NCBI RefSeq assembly: GCF_937123735.1
Contig: NZ_CAKZKL010000011.1
Location: forward strand, 1,833 to 65,832
Source of the DNA: an uncultured Lentibacter sp.
Lineage (GTDB): Bacteria > Pseudomonadota > Alphaproteobacteria > Rhodobacterales > Rhodobacteraceae
DNA: 64,000 nucleotides
Direction of reading: 5' to 3'
Shown here: piece after piece, positions 18,421-27,100 of the stretch
Layout: every line of letters starts with the position of its first letter
Position numbering within the stretch: the stretch's first letter is position 1
Position numbers and translations under genes: made by a program
Notes under the pieces: generated by a model
What the model was told of the DNA's origin: nothing
Database searches by the model: none
Seen by the model: the letters and a program-made list of their open reading frames with translations, nothing else

Positions 18421-18447
18421 TAAACAAGACGCCCCTTCAGACGTTAT
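18421..18447 (+). promoter_or_regulatory. candidate sigma28 promoter for fliS
   Basis: Reads TAAA-N15-GACGTTAT and ends 33 nt before the fliS ATG. Confidence 0.35.
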
Positions 18448-18479
18448 ACTTTATAACAAATGAAGCTCGGGAGCGATCT

Positions 18480-18851
18480 ATGAATTACGCGTTTGCACGA
18501 AATCAATATGCAAGATCAAAGCAAGCTGCATTGAGCAATATTTCTGATCCACATGAGATGATCTTGCTAACCTTACGCGAGCTCACGCGCAGCTTGGCTT
18601 TGCTTGATGCGCCAAATCTCGGGGCCGCTAAGCGCAAGAACCATTTTTCAAAAGCCTTCACTGCAATCTATATTTTGCAAACCAGCTTGGATTTTGAGGC
18701 CGGCAGTGAAATTGCTCAAAATCTTTTTAAAATATACGAGTATTGCCGGGACCAGCTATTACTGGCACTCAAGGGTAGCTCCGATCACGATCTGAAGAGC
18801 TGCATCACTATTGTAAATGACATAATTGACGCTTGGGAGCAGATAAAGTAA
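18480..18851 (+). CDS. fliS: flagellin-specific export chaperone FliS
   Basis: A 123-aa four-helix pattern typical of FliS (HEMILLTLRELTRSL...KAFTAIYILQTSLDFEAGSEIAQNLFKIYEYCRDQL...IIDAWEQI). Confidence 0.8.
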   Translation: MNYAFARNQYARSKQAALSNISDPHEMILLTLRELTRSLALLDAPNLGAAKRKNHFSKAFTAIYILQTSLDFEAGSEIAQNLFKIYEYCRDQLLLALKGSSDHDLKSCITIVNDIIDAWEQIK

Positions 18852-18907
18852 TCCCGCTTCCTATATAGATCAACGCTTTGTGGCGGACGTGTCTTGGGGA
18901 GAAATAA

Positions 18908-19396
18908 ATGCTTCGTTACTGTCCTATGTGGATTTACTCGGCCGTATGCTCGCTATCTGCCCAGCGTTATCTTTCCGAGAACTTGGGCTTGGAAGCCTAT
19001 GCCGGCAAATACGCAAACGAATTATCTCTTCGATACGCTGATATCAGCAGCGATATGATACTGGACACATCTGAAAGTTATCTACGCCACCTGATGGACG
19101 CAGAAATCGAAAATGCCTCTGAAGTATTGGACGCGTTTGCTTTTAAACAACTAACCTATGAGGCAAACGGACTTCCGCGCAAAATTAGAAGCTTCTTCTC
19201 TTCAAGTCTCGATGGGCTTAAAGCACCGGAAATAAATATCGATACAGCCGATAAGGAATTCAAACCGTTCATTTACATGTTTCGTGCCAAACCTGAGCTT
19301 GCCCCACCAGCAGGCTGGAATTGGACAAAAATCGAGGATGGTGAATTTCTCCAAGATTTTCCCAACCTAGAGGTATCTTTTCTCGACGGGATCTGA
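18908..19396 (+). CDS. hypothetical protein, 162 aa
   Basis: Good RBS (GGGGAGA). No recognisable motif. It follows fliS, the position where fliT often lies, but it shows no FliT-like features that I can verify. Confidence 0.4.
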   Translation: MLRYCPMWIYSAVCSLSAQRYLSENLGLEAYAGKYANELSLRYADISSDMILDTSESYLRHLMDAEIENASEVLDAFAFKQLTYEANGLPRKIRSFFSSSLDGLKAPEINIDTADKEFKPFIYMFRAKPELAPPAGWNWTKIEDGEFLQDFPNLEVSFLDGI

Positions 19397-19407
19397 CTCC
19401 GAACGGC

Positions 19408-19749
19408 TTAGCACAACAAATCTACAGCAGATCCAAATCGTGGTGCATCTTGGAACATATTTGACAGCCGAGCCATCTTAGTCGCTGCCGAAGAATGTGC
19501 AAAGACAGGAGACATCAAGGCCTTGGCCAAGAGCGCATTCTCAGTTGAAATACCCGAGGGCGCCTGGCTAGGATGGTAAATCTGGATCTTAGATGCATCA
19601 GAGTTGTAAGCACGCGCAAGCTCCCGTTCGTCACCAACATTGACCGCTGGCAGCAAAGTTTCGGCCTTTGGCCGCATGCGATTGTCAGTTCTCGTCAGGC
19701 CAAAATCATTACTGCCAATCAGTCCAGCCGAGGTCGGCAATTGAGGCAT
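19408..19749 (-). CDS. hypothetical protein (~113 aa from the ATG)
   Basis: The track ORF starts at a TTG (19764). The first ATG is at 19749 with no clear RBS. The sequence is hydrophilic and looks disordered. Whether it is coding is uncertain. Confidence 0.3.
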   Translation of the reverse strand: MPQLPTSAGLIGSNDFGLTRTDNRMRPKAETLLPAVNVGDERELARAYNSDASKIQIYHPSQAPSGISTENALLAKALMSPVFAHSSAATKMARLSNMFQDAPRFGSAVDLLC

Positions 19750-19867
19750 ATTTAAGGGTAGCAATCCCGCAACTCCAGTTTAGTTGCAGATTATCTAAAG
19801 TAAATTGTAACTTTTCTCCAGTAAATTTTTCTTGCTATCGAATGGCACATCATTGACTGGAGCACTC

Positions 19868-20107
19868 ATGAAGCGTGAAAAACAAAAATCACCGATATGC
19901 CGTCAATGCATGATTATAAGATATTTTATATTTGCCGCTGGCTTGGGTATTCTCAGCATTCCCTTTGCAGGAGAGCGCTTTTCCCCCCTGTCAAACCTCA
20001 CGGCTTGGCATTTTGTTTTTGTCATTTGGGGCATCGGGGTGATTGGGTTTCTTTTGAAGCTGGTGCTTGAAATGCGGCCAACGTCTGAGACTGAAACCGA
20101 CGAATGA
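19868..20107 (+). CDS. small two-TM membrane protein, 79 aa
   Basis: The ATG has a GGAG RBS. Two hydrophobic helices are present (YFIFAAGLGILSIPF; WHFVFVIWGIGVIGFLLKLVL). Confidence 0.4.
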   Translation: MKREKQKSPICRQCMIIRYFIFAAGLGILSIPFAGERFSPLSNLTAWHFVFVIWGIGVIGFLLKLVLEMRPTSETETDE

Positions 20108-20134
20108 GCCTCGACGCCCCTGTTAAGGGTTTAA

Positions 20135-20950
20135 TCATCGCGTCAACTTTTCAACGAGATCCGAATTGGCCTGAAGAACGCGCGCAGCCCCGCTAAACTG
20201 TTGTTGTGCACGGATCATTACAGTCATTTCTTGAGTAATATCAACGTTTGACCCCTCAAGAGCCCCTGCCTCGATCGACCCAAAGCCGTTCTGACCGCCG
20301 ACCCCAATGAGCGGTTCTCCGGATTGACCAGACTGTGCGAAACGCGCGGACCCAACATTGCGCAAACCACCCAAGTTTGAGAAAGTGGCCAGTGCCAGTT
20401 GGCCAACCTCTTCAACATTTTTATTTCCATAAGTCACGGTCACAACACCGTCTGCACTCACTTCAAGTTGGCTCATGGTATCGCCTTCCTCAGACTTAAA
20501 AGGAACCTGAATCGTGGTTAGCGTAGCCCCAGCAGCTCCATCTTCCGATGCAACCACGCCACGCACAAATGAGCCATCTGACGCGCGCAAAAATCCGTCT
20601 TTGTCTAATGACATCTCTCCATTTCGCGTGAACAAATTTGAATCTGAAACCTCGCCTGCGGCATCAGGCGCGGAGGTGACGAACATGCCTTGGCCAACCA
20701 ACGCCAGGTTAAGGGCGCCTGCGCGGTTTACAATTGTGCCTTGGCCATCGTTGCGCCTTGTGTCTGATATTGAGCTACCAAAACCTGTTGTTGTGCGAGC
20801 TACGGTATCAGGTGTTGCAGACCCATAGATATCAGTAAATGACACGTCGCTTTTCTTAAAACCTGTTGAGCCAGAGTTCGCGATATTGTTTGAAACAACC
20901 GCGATTTCATGCATAGCAGTTGCCATTCCCGCCCTGATAATTCCGTACAT
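20135..20950 (-). CDS. minimal flagellar hook/rod-family (FlgE/FlgG-like) protein, 271 aa
   Basis: The N-terminus carries VVSNNIANSGSTGFKK. The C-terminus carries GALEGSNVDITQEMTVMIRAQQQFSGAARVLQ. The middle region is FlgE-like (LALVGQGMFV...FTRNGEMSLDKDGFL). It is a separate gene from flgB, C, E, F and G. Confidence 0.75.
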   Translation of the reverse strand: MYGIIRAGMATAMHEIAVVSNNIANSGSTGFKKSDVSFTDIYGSATPDTVARTTTGFGSSISDTRRNDGQGTIVNRAGALNLALVGQGMFVTSAPDAAGEVSDSNLFTRNGEMSLDKDGFLRASDGSFVRGVVASEDGAAGATLTTIQVPFKSEEGDTMSQLEVSADGVVTVTYGNKNVEEVGQLALATFSNLGGLRNVGSARFAQSGQSGEPLIGVGGQNGFGSIEAGALEGSNVDITQEMTVMIRAQQQFSGAARVLQANSDLVEKLTR

Positions 20951-20985
20951 ATGTGTCTCTCCTTGTTTAGATCTCGCAAGGAAAC

Positions 20986-21001
20986 TGCATAAAGTGTGCC
21001 A
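20986..21001 (-). promoter_or_regulatory. sigma54 promoter for the flgE-like paralogue
   Basis: The minus strand reads TGGCACACTTTATGCA (GG-N10-GC). It lies about 36 nt upstream of the ATG at 20950. Confidence 0.7.
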
Positions 21002-21073
21002 TGTGGAATAAATTGATTATTAGAAATATATTCCGAAAGGAGTTACCCTTTTGATAAAATAAAGCTGATCGTG

Positions 21074-22792
21074 ATGAATATCGACCAAACAACAACAAAG
21101 CTTAAAAATAGCTACATTGTATCGACCTACGCGTCCTCGGCGTTTGGAGCTGTGATCGGGGTTATTGTTTCTATTGCCGCCGCTCTTTTTGTCCATATCG
21201 TTCGCTATTTTAGCGATCAAAACCATTTCTCGGACATAAAAGCCCTTAGCTACGGACCGATCACGCTAAACTTAACCACAGTCTTTTTGATTGCTTGTGC
21301 TGCCGTCGCAATTTTGGTTTTGCGGCGGTTGTTTAATGTCAACCGCTGGCATGGTCCGGCCGATACGATATACGCCGCACATCAAGATCTGGAACCCATC
21401 GATCTCAAAATGGGACTCGCCTCAACCTTGGCTGCACTTGTATCCGCTTGCGGGTCCGCTTCGGTTGGGCAATATGGTCCGCTCGTTCATTTTGGGGCTA
21501 CCCTCGGCCTTGCGCTCAAACAAACATTATTCGTGCCAATGCGCTCCAATGTTGTGATTGGATGTGGTGTCGCTGCTGCAATTTCAGCCGGCTTTGACGC
21601 GCCGATTGCGGGGATCATCTTTGCTCATGAAGCAATCCTGAGGCATTTTTCAGCGCGCGCGATGGCGCCCATAGCAACAAGCGCGATAGTTGCGGCTGCG
21701 ATGGTCAATTATGTTTTCCAACTCCCCAATCCCTTGTCATTGCGCAGCGAGGCCCCGCCCCTCCTTGAGGCTCTCTTGCCAGTCATTTTGTCAGCTGTGA
21801 TATTCGGGTTTGTCGCGATACTGTTCATGCAGAGCTTGCGGTTTTTCATGTCCCTGAACAAACGGCTCGCGTTGCCGGCTTACAAGTCGCTCTTTATTGC
21901 CTCGCTTTGCGTTGTTCTCGTCGGGGCCTACATTCCCGAGACGCTTGGGCTCGGCACCCAGACACTGGGCGAGCTACTAAACGTTCCTCCAACGTTGGGA
22001 TTTGCTTTGGCGCTCTTTGCGGGCAAGATATTCCTCACCAGCATTTGCCTTGGGTTTGGCTTCTTTGGTGGAGTCTTTTCACCTGCACTCTTTGTCGGTG
22101 CATCAGCAGGAGCAGTGCTCGGAAGCGCTTTTGTTTCTACTTCCCAAGGAGACCTAAGCACAGCATTAACCCTTGCAGGAATGGCCTCGGTTGCGGCCTG
22201 CGTGGTTGGCGCGCCTTTGGCGACAGTCTTTATTGTCCTTGAGTTGACCCTCTCATACGAGTTTACTTTGATTACACTCTTGGCTGTTGTGGTCAGCCAA
22301 GTGGTTTCTTCCAATATTTTTGGCCATTCGTTTTTTGACCGTCAACTGATTGACCGCGGAATAGATCTGCGCCAGGGCCGCAGCCAATTGTTGCTCACGC
22401 AAACAAAAATTGGCGCCTATGCAACATCAGATTTTGTCACAAGCCGATCAGAGCAATCTGTCAAACAGCTCCTCGACGCTCTCAGACGAAAAAACCATAC
22501 TGAGGCATATTTTGTTTCAGATAGCGGTTTGTTTGTAGGCAAGCTCACAATCAATCAATTGTTGACAGCACCGCCAGATGCGGCTGTTGATGATCTGGTT
22601 GACCATGCCCCTCTGTTGTTGGAGGCAAATACATCCTTGCAACAGAGCATCGAAAAAGCCTCGTCATTTGTTGGCGAAAGCATCCCCGTGGTTTCATCTG
22701 AAACTGGTCATTTATTGGGTGTCGTCACCGAAGCCGATCTATTTTCCGCTTACCTTGAAATCCAAGAAACCATCAGAGATGTAGAGCGCTGA
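21074..22792 (+). CDS. ClC-family chloride channel/transporter with a C-terminal CBS pair
   Basis: A polytopic protein with ClC motifs (GSASVGQYGP, GFFGGVFSPALFVGA). The C-terminal ~150 aa is CBS-like. The start could be the GTG at 21071 or the ATG at 21074. Confidence 0.85.
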   Translation: MNIDQTTTKLKNSYIVSTYASSAFGAVIGVIVSIAAALFVHIVRYFSDQNHFSDIKALSYGPITLNLTTVFLIACAAVAILVLRRLFNVNRWHGPADTIYAAHQDLEPIDLKMGLASTLAALVSACGSASVGQYGPLVHFGATLGLALKQTLFVPMRSNVVIGCGVAAAISAGFDAPIAGIIFAHEAILRHFSARAMAPIATSAIVAAAMVNYVFQLPNPLSLRSEAPPLLEALLPVILSAVIFGFVAILFMQSLRFFMSLNKRLALPAYKSLFIASLCVVLVGAYIPETLGLGTQTLGELLNVPPTLGFALALFAGKIFLTSICLGFGFFGGVFSPALFVGASAGAVLGSAFVSTSQGDLSTALTLAGMASVAACVVGAPLATVFIVLELTLSYEFTLITLLAVVVSQVVSSNIFGHSFFDRQLIDRGIDLRQGRSQLLLTQTKIGAYATSDFVTSRSEQSVKQLLDALRRKNHTEAYFVSDSGLFVGKLTINQLLTAPPDAAVDDLVDHAPLLLEANTSLQQSIEKASSFVGESIPVVSSETGHLLGVVTEADLFSAYLEIQETIRDVER

Positions 22793-22831
22793 GCGCCCCG
22801 CGTTCTCGCTCAGATTAAAAGACAGTTCAGA

Positions 22832-24121
22832 TCACCTGATCAGGTCAAAGAGGCTTTGTTGACCCACATTTGCAAAGACCTGGCGCAACGCATCACGATT
22901 GACCAACAGGCTTTGCAGCTGTGTTACAACAGCCGAAAGATCCGCGTCTTCAATGCCGGATAAAGTTTCCTCAACCATCAGTTCTTGTTGTGCCAGCATG
23001 TCAGATCTCAGTTCCGCAGTCGCAGAAAATGCGCCCACCTGTGCTTGGGTCAACGCCATGTGAGAAATAACTGCATCAAGGCCTGACAGGGATACATCAA
23101 GGGCACCATCTTTATCAACCAGCACCACGGATGAGCCTACGGCCTCGCCACTTACAATCTCCTGTACCAGGATCTGGTTGTCCGGCTTTGATTGCGCCCC
23201 CCGCACGGCACCTGTCTCAAACTGTGCAATACGAAATGGACGCTTTGACAAATCGCTCAGAACTATGCCGTTCCCGTCTTCAGAGGCTTCGGCAACCACA
23301 CCTGTGTGTGCGCTTTCGGCGTTGATTGCCTCGATCATTGGCTGCATGGCCCCAGAAACCATAGTTACGGTGATATCAGCGCTGCCAGTAGCCCCCTCAA
23401 TTCTGAGTGACTGCGGTTCAGGCTGCCGCCCAATGTCAAATGACAGCAGCGCGCCTTCGGCAGAGGTCACATTTACGTCGGTTTGATAGTGCGCTGACGT
23501 CTCCAAAGCTGTTTCAAACTCTCGCACAATATCAAAGACTGATTTTGGCCCCTGCGCTGTTTGGATGCGCATAAAGCTCGATGCCCCGTCTATGCCCGTT
23601 GAAATGCTGAGCGATGCCGAGACCGGCAGGCTGTGCATCCCATCATCTCCAGAATAAGACACCGAGCCGTCCAAGCCAATTTCAAAGGGGTCAGAATTGG
23701 TCATGTATCCACCAAACAATGCCTGACCCTGTGCATCTCGGCTGTTGCCCAAACCCACGAGGAACCGCTTATGTTCGGCAACCTCTTTTTGAATAGACAG
23801 CCGGTCTTGTGCATTCAGGGTGTCATTTGTAGCCTGAATCGCCAGTTCCTTGATACGGATCATAACGTTTTGAACCTGCCCAAGCGCAACATCCGTTTCT
23901 GACAAGCGATTTTCAATACGGGTCATATTCCCACGGTAGCGCGACAGACCAGCCTGCAAGTCTTTTGCAGCAGACAGCTTGGACATTTCGATAGGGTCGA
24001 TAGACGGCTTGATCGGCTTCTTCCCCGAGGCAACCTGCTCCTGAAGCCCGTTCAACTGGTCAGACAATCGCCCCAAATTGGCAATCGTTTGCTCATTAAA
24101 CATTTTGGTGCTGATGGTCAT
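22832..24121 (-). CDS. flgL: hook-filament junction protein FlgL (HAP3)
   Basis: Flagellin-like N-terminus (MFNEQTIANLGRLSDQLNGLQEQVASGKK) and C-terminus. It sits directly after flgK. Confidence 0.88.
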   Translation of the reverse strand: MTISTKMFNEQTIANLGRLSDQLNGLQEQVASGKKPIKPSIDPIEMSKLSAAKDLQAGLSRYRGNMTRIENRLSETDVALGQVQNVMIRIKELAIQATNDTLNAQDRLSIQKEVAEHKRFLVGLGNSRDAQGQALFGGYMTNSDPFEIGLDGSVSYSGDDGMHSLPVSASLSISTGIDGASSFMRIQTAQGPKSVFDIVREFETALETSAHYQTDVNVTSAEGALLSFDIGRQPEPQSLRIEGATGSADITVTMVSGAMQPMIEAINAESAHTGVVAEASEDGNGIVLSDLSKRPFRIAQFETGAVRGAQSKPDNQILVQEIVSGEAVGSSVVLVDKDGALDVSLSGLDAVISHMALTQAQVGAFSATAELRSDMLAQQELMVEETLSGIEDADLSAVVTQLQSLLVNRDALRQVFANVGQQSLFDLIR

Positions 24122-24136
24122 GGCCTAGCCCCTCTC

Positions 24137-27100
24137 TCAAATTGCGTTCATCAAGGTATCAAGAAGCTCTTTTGCCGTGCTCAAGACACGCGCGAGAGCC
24201 TGGTAGGCTTGTTGCTGCTCCAACAGCCGTGCGGCTTCGGTGTCCAGGTTCACACCTGAGAATTCTGACTCCATCTCAGCAGCAGCATCTCGCACAGCCA
24301 AGGACGATGCCGCCGCAATTGTGCTGGCCTGCACCTTCGCGCCTGCATCAGTGATCAAGACACTAAAACTTTGCGAAAACCCGCCTTTGCCACTCTGTAA
24401 ATCAGTTGTTTGCAAACCAAGCAGTTTGGCCACATTGCGGCCGTCTCCTTCGCCGGCAGTATTGGGTGCAATACTAAAGCGATCGCCCGTTTTCACCGCA
24501 CCGCTTATCACCAAGTCTACACCAGCCACGGAGAAGCGACCCGTTTCATCCAGATACCGGCTTGCGATGGAGTGCCCGCTTTCCCGGTCCAAAATTTCAA
24601 TACGTCCAGACGCACCATCTTCAACAACGATATCAAGTGGCCGCTGCAACCCAACTTCAATATCAGACGTATCTCTCTCAAATTGAGCCGAAAGCCTGCG
24701 CGCCCCATCCCCGGTCAGAATAACAATCAGCTCTTCAGGCGGCAGGTTTTTCAAAGAAATACGTTCAGAAATCAAACCACCAGACGTCGCCTGCACATCA
24801 ATCGCACTTTGGTCTAGCGCGCTTAAACGCAAGCCATCTTGATTGACCAAGATTTGATTTGGAGAGGTCACAAAGCCAAGCGCCCGGCCTCCTTCACTCG
24901 GAAGGATACGCAAGGCCCCAGCTGTTCCAGCCTCCGTGCGGCGAATGGTGATCTGAACTTCAGTGTCGGAAACGGAGTTCACAGACAGTGTTGTGCCCAA
25001 AGGCAAATCTGGGTTTTGTGCGATCTGAACAACGTCATTCTCGTCAAGAGTCAGCGAGATATCGTATTGTGTGTCATCAATCTCAAGCGACAGAACGTGA
25101 GGCTGGCTGCTCAACGTGTTTTGCAAAAACGAACGGCCCGTCAGAACTTCTAATTGCTGGTCCACTTCAAGGCCAAATGCGGTCATGGAAGCGGTGCTCG
25201 CATCGGACGAAACTCTCAAGGTCTGCCCGGTTTCAAAGCCTTGCGACGCACTGACAACAAGCTTGAAACTGTCGTCAAAACCAGCCGTTAACCGCTCCGC
25301 TTCAGGGCCCTCAACAACAACTTCGCCATCCACCATGCGCAGAACAAAACTTTGCTCTCCTAACTCTAAAGTTATGGTTTCGCCATCGCTGGGCAAACCA
25401 TCAACATCAGAAAAACTGCGCCCGCTCAACACTGGCACAGGCGCCAAAGACCGCAGATCAGTTGCAAGCGCCTGAGCAATCGCCTGGGAGCTCAACTCAT
25501 CCAGATCCGAGCTGAGAACCGAGGCAGATAAGCGCGCGCTTGATCCGTCCGTTTCAAGTGAAACCGAAAACGATGCCGCCGCGGCGCTTGCAAAGCTCCC
25601 ATCGGGGCGGGCTTCGTTCCCGTCGATCCCTTCGATTGCCCTAAAGCTCAACTGCTGCCAACTGCCCGCAGGATCAGCTGCGCGGCTGATGAAGCCCTGA
25701 TGAAGCGGATCGGCGGTGCTCGTTTTGGTGCCTCCAGCGCCACTCACCGTAAAGCTGCGCGCGGCAGACAGGCTCACCTCGCCACCAAAGCGCGCAAATT
25801 GATTTGCAGCTGTTCCAAGAAGGACGGGGCTATCGCTTCGCAGCTGGCCTTGCGCCCCAACAGCAAAAGCCTCAAAGCCCTCCCCCTCGACCACGATATC
25901 ACTCAACAAAATATCGGAACCTGCTTCGTTGACCAATACCAGCTGGCCCAAATCAGAGGACAGATGCGCGGATATACCCGTGTTGCTGGTTTGTGCGTTT
26001 ATCAGCTCAACCATGTCACTGAGATCGCCGGCGCGGGCGTAACCTTGGATGGCCACTGGGTCTTTGTTTTCCCCTGTTAGGCCAAAACTGACAATTCCCT
26101 CCGGTATCGCTTGCAACAAGACTCGTGTTTCGGCTTTTGCCCTGATCCCCAAATCTGAACTCAGCGTGTTGACTTGCTCTGCGATATAATCGGCCATAAC
26201 CCCTTGAGGGATCTCAAGTTTGGTCTCTGGATCACTTCCAACGGCAATCGAAAGCGTTTGCGCCGGAGTAGCGACGCTTACCGGAAGAGAACTTCCAGCC
26301 CATACAGGAGGTGCAAACCCTTCCCCCGAAACTTTGAGACCATAGGCCCCACCCGGCGTTGCACGCGAAACCTCTGTTGATTGGAAACCCCCACTGCCCA
26401 CCCCGTTCAAATGTTCAGCCCGATATTCAACCGTCTCTAGAAATCCATTCGCAGGGGTCAGATATCGCATCACCTCGCTGTCGCTGAGCGGCGTTCCGGC
26501 GATTTGACGCCCTTCACGGGTAAACACTTGAATTTGCGAACCGATGTCATTTTTTTGCGAAATGCTGCCTGTAACGGTTTCATCGGCTTGCAAGACGGCC
26601 GCGCTCAGTCCGGCAATTCCACTTGCAATCGACAGAACGCCCGCTTCACCACTTGCAAACAAGCCGAGATCCGCAAAGCTGGCCCCACTTGATGATTGCA
26701 AAATTCCAGCATTGAGCATGTCGGCCAACTCCGACAAGTTGACGTTGCTCTCAGTGCTGCGGCGCTCCGCAAAAGCCGCAGTATCAAACTGGTGGCTCAC
26801 CTCATCAAGCGTCAGGGTTATACTGCTCAAGTTGGCAAATTGGGCGTCGGCCAAAGTAAACGACGCGAGATCTTGCCGCGTGAGCGAGAACAGATCCACC
26901 TCAGATACATCCGCCGGGATAACACCAATAACACCGTCCGAGCGGAACCGTGTTGCCGCCGCAATACCAATGTCGTTGGCGAGCAGCTGCGTGAGCATTG
27001 GAAGGTCGCTCGGCGCCTGTGCTGAAAATGCCTCAAACGCCAAATTCGCAGAGCCTGTGTTGCTGACATCGGAGGTTGTAAGAAGTGGGCCGGCCGCTGC

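Noticed and set aside
22790-22814. Hairpin CTGAGCG-N11-CGCTCAG between the convergent ClC and flgL genes. Similar hairpins lie at 50199-50219 (fleQ/fliD junction) and 18168-18189 (after the fliL paralogue).
   Set aside because: These are plausible transcript-end structures, but the stems are short (7 bp) and none is followed by a U-tract on either strand. I do not call them intrinsic terminators.
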